From IMG/VR virus record IMGVR_UViG_3300032167_000006: a DNA stretch of 64,000 bases; one strand, written 5' to 3'. Positions 38,172 through 45,358 of the stretch are shown in pieces (within the stretch, counting starts at the first letter, position 1; every line of letters starts with the position of its first letter). The translations under genes were made by a program, and so were the position numbers. The notes under the pieces were generated by a model that was given only the letters and a program-made list of their open reading frames with translations, made no database searches and was not told the DNA's origin. The stretch is from a virus (taxonomy: Duplodnaviria > Caudoviricetes).

Positions 38172-39944
38172 TTACACTTTTAAGATATATTTAACTATGT
38201 CTTTAAGTTTCAATAACGTTCCAGATTTAACTTCAACTGTGTGCGGATAGAATACAGAATTTTCATAATATTCACTAAAATTAAATTTAGGTTCTTTTTT
38301 AAGAATAAAATTAAGATATTTTTTAAAATCGTTAAGAACTCTAGCTCTGGTTTTTATATTTTTTTCTTTATTAAATAGATATTTATTATGATAGAGTCTA
38401 CGCTCAAGAATATAATTCATATAATATAATCTAGCCAATTCATATTTTATTCCATCTATATTATTAGATTTTTCATACTCTAATAATAATTTATGTGATG
38501 ATGAATATTCTGCATCAAAATCAACAAATGTATTTGTTAATAAAGCATCACCATCTTTATTAAACTGAATTGGTAATTTGGCTTCAATTAATACAGGATA
38601 AGTAAAATCATCTATAAGATTTGAATTTTCTTTGAATGATTTAGATTTTCTACTCATTCTATTAATATAATTAATAATTTTATTAGCTTTAAAATTCTTT
38701 ACGACACCATCAAATGTTTTATAAATTTTTCCATTAGTTTTTGACGCTCTGTATAAATCAGCTGGTACAACATGAGAAGAATTCTTCTTTGTGATATCTA
38801 CATTTGCTAATTTAAGTAAAGAATCTACAAACTGAGAGCAAATCATAGATGTATTAAAATTAAAATTTATATTCTTAAATGGTAATGCTAATATATTAAG
38901 TACACTATATGTAGTATCGCTTACATTATTAGCAAGCATCTTAATTCTTTCTGAAATCTTTTTATGATCTTCTTCTTTAACAAAAAATGAAAATACTGCA
39001 AGACGATTATCTTTTGGATATTTATTAATATCCTCTATAGAAAATCCACCTTTATTATGCCCATTAGATAAATTAAATGAATATAAATTATTAAAATCAT
39101 TATTAAGACATATAGCTGAATGCGAAAATTCACTGTTAGTTACTTTAGATATAGCATCTGAAAATGGCGATTTACCTTTAACTAAAACTATATGAACCGG
39201 TTTTTTATTATCGCTAGCGCTTTCAGTAATAATTTCATTTGTTAAATTTGAAGCTTCAACTAAAGATGTTATATCAAGCGAAAGAATATTTTTATATTTT
39301 TCTTGGTATATATTTTCAATACGTTTTATAGCTTTAATTTTATTTTCAGTAGTATAATCAACTTCTGGATTCCATCCTAGATCAATTATAGCTTGTTTAA
39401 TACTATTAATCTCATCAGGATCTTCTGTATTCTTAAGTCTTGTAGTTAAGTCAATTATCTTTTTATTCCAACTTCTTGGTTCAAATTGCGTAGCAGTTGC
39501 TTCTCTATAAAATTCTTGAGCCTCTCCAGAAAAAGTTCCTAAAGCATCCATTTCAGCTTTAATTCTAGCAATTTCATCTGGATCTGTAGTTGCTCTAAGT
39601 TGGTCTTCAAGATCTTCTATATTATGATAGATACTTCTTCCATCATATGCATTTTCAGAATAGTATCCTTTAAATTCAGATATTTCGTCAGGAGTGAAAT
39701 ATGGAGCTATAGTATAAGGCCATTTGAATGTATTTTCTTTAACTATGCTTTCTTCTATCTTATTCAGTGCAAAATTAGTATATAGCTTTGTAGTACTTTG
39801 CTCTGTAATAGATGCTGATTCATTAATACCATCTACAAATGATAAAAAATTTAAAGCCTCATATATAGTCTCTGGTCTATGGTATTCAGTCTTAGGATGT
39901 GCTTGTTTAAAAGACTCTATTAAAACTTGTTGTTCATTGTTCAT
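38172..39944 (-). CDS. Multi-module protein with permuted papain-like (YiiX/YebB, NlpC/P60 superfamily) amidase domain (590 aa)
   Basis: ISKVTNSEFSHSAICL (His first)...YSVLNIL...MICSQFVDSLL (Cys later)...VVPADLY; modules separated by hydrophobic-x-E-[SA] sites. Confidence 0.7.
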   Translation of the reverse strand: MNNEQQVLIESFKQAHPKTEYHRPETIYEALNFLSFVDGINESASITEQSTTKLYTNFALNKIEESIVKENTFKWPYTIAPYFTPDEISEFKGYYSENAYDGRSIYHNIEDLEDQLRATTDPDEIARIKAEMDALGTFSGEAQEFYREATATQFEPRSWNKKIIDLTTRLKNTEDPDEINSIKQAIIDLGWNPEVDYTTENKIKAIKRIENIYQEKYKNILSLDITSLVEASNLTNEIITESASDNKKPVHIVLVKGKSPFSDAISKVTNSEFSHSAICLNNDFNNLYSFNLSNGHNKGGFSIEDINKYPKDNRLAVFSFFVKEEDHKKISERIKMLANNVSDTTYSVLNILALPFKNINFNFNTSMICSQFVDSLLKLANVDITKKNSSHVVPADLYRASKTNGKIYKTFDGVVKNFKANKIINYINRMSRKSKSFKENSNLIDDFTYPVLIEAKLPIQFNKDGDALLTNTFVDFDAEYSSSHKLLLEYEKSNNIDGIKYELARLYYMNYILERRLYHNKYLFNKEKNIKTRARVLNDFKKYLNFILKKEPKFNFSEYYENSVFYPHTVEVKSGTLLKLKDIVKYILKV

Positions 39945-39963
39945 AGTTTTCCTCCTTTCTTAA

Positions 39964-41517
39964 TCATAATACAGAATTGATCATTTGTTTTGTTATAAAG
40001 TTTTGTTCTTCTATAGAAGTAGTTCGTATATTCTTTTCTGTATTTAGAATATAGAAACCTGTAATATCTTCTTTGAGTGTAAGATATTTTTTATCGCCAA
40101 TTAAACTTTTAACGTATTCATTGGGTATTACATCTACACCAGTATAATTTTCATCTATAGTTTCCATAAATGAATCATATACTGAAGCTAATTTTGTTAA
40201 TTCAGCTTCTTTAATAGCAGCAAAATCAACCTTCTTAAAATTAGGATCAAAATCAATTTGATCTTCACTTAACATTGGTTTGCCTGTAAGTGCTGTATAG
40301 AAGAAAGTATTATCAACAGTTTTCTTATTGTAATAAGCTTCTTCTATTTTTTTAATTAAACGCTTATCACCAATAAATTCATATTCTTCTATAATCATAT
40401 CTTTTATAGCAGATGAATTAATTATCTCCAGATTAGCATCTTCATTAATAACTAAGTATTTATCAGATACAAGATCTGTTGCTAATGCATAACGCTTAGC
40501 ACTTATAAGCTCTCCACAGTCATTACACATTTTAAGTATAAATGGTTTATGAATACCAACAATTGGATTCATAGCAGCCATAGACCATTCATTTATACTA
40601 GATTCAGATAAATACTTATTAACTTGAGTGGTTTCTGGAATCTCGATATTATATCTATCTGCAGCGTGTTTAATACGTTTAGCAAGAGCTTTTTTCTTTG
40701 ACTCTTCAGCATGACCAAAAAGTTTAATTGCGCTCATTATATGCTTTTTAGAATCAAGAGGGTATTTTCTATCTTCTGGAATGCCAAATTCATTATCTTT
40801 AAGATTATCTCTTGATGTTTCAAGATTAATATCTAAATCTTCTATATCACGATAAGCAGCAGATTCACCAATTTGGGTCCAGTCAGATCTTTTATTTTCT
40901 TTAACTAATTTATCTTGATGCAGAACAATATAATCTAAAGTAACAGGTTTATTATCATACCATAATGGATATACGTTAACATTACGTGAACCATCACAAG
41001 TATTATATTCTTTCATATTATGGATATGACCATGTACATTAAGAATATTTTCTGGCATTAAGTCCATATTTATAGGTTTGTGAGTAAATACAAAATCATC
41101 CCAATCAAGCCTATCATATACATATTTAAATCCGCATCCTGTGAAATAGTCTTCTCCCAGCATAACATCATGATTACCAAGTATTAATATTTTAATTCCT
41201 GGGATTGAAGCCATAAGTTTTTGGGATTCCTTTTTATCTTCCTCGTTAGCATACCTAAAAGATATATCTCCTAAATACATGAATACATCATCTGACTTAA
41301 TATTGTTTTTACACCATGATAATATTTCTTGAGTATTTACATAATTATGCTCTTTCTTATAATGATTTTTAAAAAAGTGCCAATCAGATGATAAAAATAT
41401 TCTTTTAGGATCTGCGTTATATAATACCTCTTGTACATCGACTAAAGTACGTGTCTCTAATGGCATACCTAGTTCATCAGTTTGATCACTAAATACACTT
41501 AAGTCTTTATTATCCAT
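39964..41517 (-). CDS. Calcineurin-like metallophosphoesterase fused to a DUF6582-like module and a C-terminal domain (517 aa)
   Basis: SDWH, LGD, GNHD, THKP, HGHIH motifs; EFGIPEDRKYPLDSKKHIMSAIKLF module; late motif AACA-CTTAAT-TA at 41543-41554. Confidence 0.8.
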   Translation of the reverse strand: MDNKDLSVFSDQTDELGMPLETRTLVDVQEVLYNADPKRIFLSSDWHFFKNHYKKEHNYVNTQEILSWCKNNIKSDDVFMYLGDISFRYANEEDKKESQKLMASIPGIKILILGNHDVMLGEDYFTGCGFKYVYDRLDWDDFVFTHKPINMDLMPENILNVHGHIHNMKEYNTCDGSRNVNVYPLWYDNKPVTLDYIVLHQDKLVKENKRSDWTQIGESAAYRDIEDLDINLETSRDNLKDNEFGIPEDRKYPLDSKKHIMSAIKLFGHAEESKKKALAKRIKHAADRYNIEIPETTQVNKYLSESSINEWSMAAMNPIVGIHKPFILKMCNDCGELISAKRYALATDLVSDKYLVINEDANLEIINSSAIKDMIIEEYEFIGDKRLIKKIEEAYYNKKTVDNTFFYTALTGKPMLSEDQIDFDPNFKKVDFAAIKEAELTKLASVYDSFMETIDENYTGVDVIPNEYVKSLIGDKKYLTLKEDITGFYILNTEKNIRTTSIEEQNFITKQMINSVL

Positions 41518-41594
41518 TAGTATACCTCCTTTATATTGGTATTAATTAAGTGTTCAAGCATGTGATTTTGAACAAAAAATAATTAATCTTGTGT

Positions 41595-41628
41595 TTTATA
41601 GTGGTTGGATTACTCCAACCACTATAAA
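41595..41628 (-). terminator. Hairpin terminator
   Basis: TTTATAGTGGTTGGA-TTAC-TCCAACCACTATAAA 15-bp stem (GUAA loop on the minus strand). Confidence 0.7.
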
Positions 41629-41630
41629 TA

Positions 41631-41861
41631 TTACGCAAAGAATCCTGATATATCTTCCCATATTATAGAATATGTGCTTTGCAATATATTAAATATACTA
41701 ATATTATTCCATATTACAATAAGAATCTCATCTCCCAGATATCTTTTTTCTGGTTCACCAGAAGATATAAAATCCATAAGCTTATCCCTATTGCTGAATT
41801 TTAATTCAGTTCTTTTGCCATTACAATCGCGTACAATTATTATGATTTCTTTTTCATCCAT
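41631..41861 (-). CDS. Hypothetical protein (76 aa)
   Basis: AAGGGG RBS, in operon. Confidence 0.6.
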   Translation of the reverse strand: MDEKEIIIIVRDCNGKRTELKFSNRDKLMDFISSGEPEKRYLGDEILIVIWNNISIFNILQSTYSIIWEDISGFFA

Positions 41862-41866
41862 TATTA

Positions 41867-42157
41867 CTACCCCTTTAGTAAAGCAAATATATTTATTATA
41901 TTCAAAATATCACCATTTATTTCTAACCCTAATGATACTGCTAGATCAGATGATACTTCACTATAATTTTTATTCCATGATAATACATTTAAAGATGATA
42001 ATTTTAATATACTATTAGTATTACTAACTGGATATCTTACAACTATAAATTGATCTTTTTTAATACATTCTGAATATATCTTTTTTGGTAATACTATGGT
42101 TTTGTCTGAAAGTTCTGAATTTTCTAACACTGATGAAGCAAATCCCCTTTTACTCAT
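41867..42157 (-). CDS. Hypothetical protein (96 aa)
   Basis: AAGGAG RBS, overlaps upstream stop. Confidence 0.6.
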   Translation of the reverse strand: MSKRGFASSVLENSELSDKTIVLPKKIYSECIKKDQFIVVRYPVSNTNSILKLSSLNVLSWNKNYSEVSSDLAVSLGLEINGDILNIINIFALLKG

Positions 42158-42947
42158 AACGGCGCTCCTTTTGGATCCCTATAAGATTTTCTTTTTTGAA
42201 ATTATCTTTTTTATATTTTTCTATTGCATTTTGAATATATTCTTCAGATGCATTAAATCCTACTCCAGGTATATGCATGAAATCTTTAATGCCATTTTTA
42301 ATATATTTTATAGGAATATAATAATCACAATCAGAATCATTTACGCCTTCGATATCATAAGGTATGTTATCATGCATGTAAACCATATGGCCATATGGAG
42401 CACACCAGTATATTTCTCCATCATTAAACATATTTTTTAGTATCATTGCAAAATGATAACAATAACCTGCTCTAAATTGGCTTATCATTGCTTCTTCCCT
42501 ATCAATACCATGATGATATACAAAATTGGCAATAAAATAAAGAATCTGTTTATTAGCTTTTGGTTCAAATCTTAAACTTCTTTGTACAAAAGATATTATT
42601 GCTAATTCATTAAGATTAATTTCTTTACCAATAAGATCTTTAAATATTACTGCAAGTTTATAAAATAAAGCTGTACCATCTTTATTATATTCCGCTCCAA
42701 TAATTTTGCCAGATCCATTTACTGTAATAGAACCAATAGTCCATCTTTTAGTTCTAACTGAAAACATAACCCACGATTTATCATCACATAGTTTAAATTT
42801 TTCAGGTAATTTATGAAGCACTATATAACAACCAGAATCTATATAGGCTTCTTTATATACTGAATCTATTATATCTGTGATGCCCTCGCAGGTATACATT
42901 ATTTTTCCACGCATCAATTTTCCAGGAACTTGGTTAAATATTAACAT
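42150..42947 (-). CDS. Two-domain protein with C-terminal papain/transglutaminase-like Cys-His-Asp domain (~265 aa)
   Basis: True start likely ATG 42947 (AAGGAG RBS); FRAGYCYHFAMIL...GHMVY...YDIEG. Confidence 0.55.
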   Translation of the reverse strand: MLIFNQVPGKLMRGKIMYTCEGITDIIDSVYKEAYIDSGCYIVLHKLPEKFKLCDDKSWVMFSVRTKRWTIGSITVNGSGKIIGAEYNKDGTALFYKLAVIFKDLIGKEINLNELAIISFVQRSLRFEPKANKQILYFIANFVYHHGIDREEAMISQFRAGYCYHFAMILKNMFNDGEIYWCAPYGHMVYMHDNIPYDIEGVNDSDCDYYIPIKYIKNGIKDFMHIPGVGFNASEEYIQNAIEKYKKDNFKKENLIGIQKERRYE

Positions 42948-42948
42948 T

Positions 42949-43362
42949 TTATTTCTCCTTAAGCAATTTTTCTCTTTCAAGATAAAGCCCATATTCATTA
43001 GTAAGATTATGCTCGGTGAAATCAACTAAACCATTTTTAGTAAGAAGATCAATAGTTCGTTTTTGAAATCTATTAACTCCATGACATTTAGAACCTATAT
43101 AAAAATCATACCATACTGCAATAAGGCCATATTTATCAATTAAGAAAGATAATGGCGAGCACCACATAGGTATACTATTAGAAAGTTCTTCTCTTGTTTT
43201 ATTTTCTTTTTCCATCACATATTTTAATACTGTTTCTTGATGTGATGGTCTGCATAATATAATGCTTCCTGTTGGAGTTATCATAATCTCACAATAACAA
43301 ATAAATTTATCTGGATTCTTTTTAGTATATTCTATGAATTCTAATATACTCATGCTTTCCAT
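42949..43362 (-). CDS. Hypothetical protein (~137 aa)
   Basis: Track ORF 42949-43404; the first codons overlap a hairpin, so the start is probably MESMS. Confidence 0.6.
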   Translation of the reverse strand: MESMSILEFIEYTKKNPDKFICYCEIMITPTGSIILCRPSHQETVLKYVMEKENKTREELSNSIPMWCSPLSFLIDKYGLIAVWYDFYIGSKCHGVNRFQKRTIDLLTKNGLVDFTEHNLTNEYGLYLEREKLLKEK

Positions 43363-43421
43363 AATAAAAATACAATAGATGGGAACAATTAAGCTCCCAT
43401 CCATTTTACCTTTCTTAAGAT

Positions 43422-44237
43422 TTAATCTATGTAAAATCTATGGCCATCTTCTTCGGCAACCATAGTAAGGTTTCTACTATGCCATGAATCTCCAATACAC
43501 GATTCAAAATACAATGCAGGGGTTATAGGTTCTGCTGCATTAAGAACTGTATATACTGCATCATAGCATGCCTGGTTAGGCTGAACTCTTTCCCATCTAC
43601 CATTAGATGTAGGTGTAAACTGGTTTCTTTGGAATATTACTCCATATACTGTATTGGGAAATTCATTTCTTCCCTCTACTCTATTTAAAACGACTTGAGC
43701 TACAAGCTCTTTGCATCGTTGACTTTCTCCCTCAACTTCTGCCATAACTATTCTGGCAAGAAGATAAATATCATCATCTGAATATCTGTATGAATTTGTA
43801 GAAGTTACAGGAGCCTCTTCAACAACAGTCGGTGCTTCTTCTTTTACCTCTTCAACTATAATTGGCTCTTCTTCTATAATTTCTACAGGCTCAGATATGG
43901 TTTCAGATACTTCCACAATAGTTTCTTCCTCAACTACCAATTCTTCACTAGGCGTTGTTTCTATTGCACTAGAAGTTCCTTTAAGTTTAAATAATGAATC
44001 ATTTATTGTTAATCCAGTAATTTTTGGCTCTATACCTGTTCTATCAGAACCAAACATCATATGATCAAATACATTTAGGTTATCTAATGCGCTCATATCA
44101 TTAACTGTAACAGTATCATTTTTAGGGCTGTTTAATGCTGTAGCCCTAATATCAAGTATGGATGTTTTTATACATGTCACCATTAATACTACTGTAAGAA
44201 TTACTGCTGTGATATTATAAATATTTAACTTTTTCAT
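43422..44237 (-). CDS. Secreted/membrane-anchored SleB/CwlJ-type cell wall hydrolase (Hydrolase_2)
   Basis: N-terminal hydrophobic signal, E/V/P-rich linker, LLARIVMAEVEGES...VAQVVLNRV...FPNTVYGVIFQRNQFTP...ALYF...GHRFY. Confidence 0.85.
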   Translation of the reverse strand: MKKLNIYNITAVILTVVLMVTCIKTSILDIRATALNSPKNDTVTVNDMSALDNLNVFDHMMFGSDRTGIEPKITGLTINDSLFKLKGTSSAIETTPSEELVVEEETIVEVSETISEPVEIIEEEPIIVEEVKEEAPTVVEEAPVTSTNSYRYSDDDIYLLARIVMAEVEGESQRCKELVAQVVLNRVEGRNEFPNTVYGVIFQRNQFTPTSNGRWERVQPNQACYDAVYTVLNAAEPITPALYFESCIGDSWHSRNLTMVAEEDGHRFYID

Positions 44238-44253
44238 TTGTCTTATCTCCTTA

Positions 44254-44436
44254 TTACTTTGAATCTGGCTCTTTTACATACCCTATTGGATTTCCATCTA
44301 GATCTACAACTTCTATACCATTAGTAAGTATTCCGAGCTTTTTACATTTATTATAATCTTGTACTTTATAGATTACGCCGTTATTAGGATCATAGTAATC
44401 TGCATTAAATTCTTTTGCGTATTCAAAAATATCCAT
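44254..44436 (-). CDS. Hypothetical protein (60 aa)
   Basis: AAGGAGG RBS. Confidence 0.65.
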   Translation of the reverse strand: MDIFEYAKEFNADYYDPNNGVIYKVQDYNKCKKLGILTNGIEVVDLDGNPIGYVKEPDSK

Positions 44437-44480
44437 TATGACCTCCTTAATTTTTAGTTAGGATATTAGTATAGTTATAA

Positions 44481-45353
44481 TTATTTACCTGTGGAACCCA
44501 TTCCTCCATGGCGGTCTTCTTTTTCAGTATCAGAATCATTTTCTGCTAAAAAGAATTGTCTTAAAATGCCTTGAGCGAATTTATCTCCAGGATTTATTAT
44601 AACTTTCTTTTCATCTCTAGGATCACATGAAAGTTTAATCTTAATATGACCTTCATTATCTGCTTCAAAATAGTCATTATCGATAATGCCTACAGTATTA
44701 TCTAAATGAACTCTATACTTAAAGCCCATGCTAGATCTCGGATAAACACTTAAATCATAACCGTCTTGTAAGAATACACATCTAATTCCGGTAGGGATTA
44801 GATAACTCTTTTTTCTTTTGAGTTCAATAGGTCTGAATCCTGTATAAACGAAATCATAACCAGAACTTCTTTTAGTAGATCTTTCAGGTAATTTTATAGT
44901 ATCATATGCTACCTGAATTTCGCTATCATCATTACCTAAACCTGCATCGATATATGATTGCTTAAATTCTTCAAAAGATACTTTTTCAAATCTAGCAACA
45001 ACTTTAATATTAGATTTTGTATTTTTAATTTCTAATGCCTCTGGTTCTCCATCTAAAACCATATCTATGATTTCTTCATGAGTCATACCATTTTTAATAT
45101 AATGATGCACGAAATTATGTCCTTTATTAAGAACTCTACAGAGGTCTGCATCATTTTTCCATGTTATAGCACGATACGTATGACCATTCTGATTAGTATC
45201 CCCGTCAAGAACTTTATCTATGATTTCATCATGAGTCATACCTTTCTTAGTATGGTATGCTACATAACTATATCCCTTACCTAATTTTTTAGATAAGTCT
45301 GTATCTGACTCCCAGCTTATTCCTCTATAACTGTGTTTGCTTTTATTTAACAT
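44481..45353 (-). CDS. dut: Trimeric dUTPase with two N-terminal YRGITW beta-HTH-like repeats
   Basis: All five motifs: SSGYDF, PRSSMG, VGIIDNDY, GDKFAQGI, RHGGMGSTG; residues ~7-101 are two copies of the repeat found in the upstream helicases. Confidence 0.9.
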   Translation of the reverse strand: MLNKSKHSYRGISWESDTDLSKKLGKGYSYVAYHTKKGMTHDEIIDKVLDGDTNQNGHTYRAITWKNDADLCRVLNKGHNFVHHYIKNGMTHEEIIDMVLDGEPEALEIKNTKSNIKVVARFEKVSFEEFKQSYIDAGLGNDDSEIQVAYDTIKLPERSTKRSSGYDFVYTGFRPIELKRKKSYLIPTGIRCVFLQDGYDLSVYPRSSMGFKYRVHLDNTVGIIDNDYFEADNEGHIKIKLSCDPRDEKKVIINPGDKFAQGILRQFFLAENDSDTEKEDRHGGMGSTGK

Positions 45354-45358
45354 TATTT

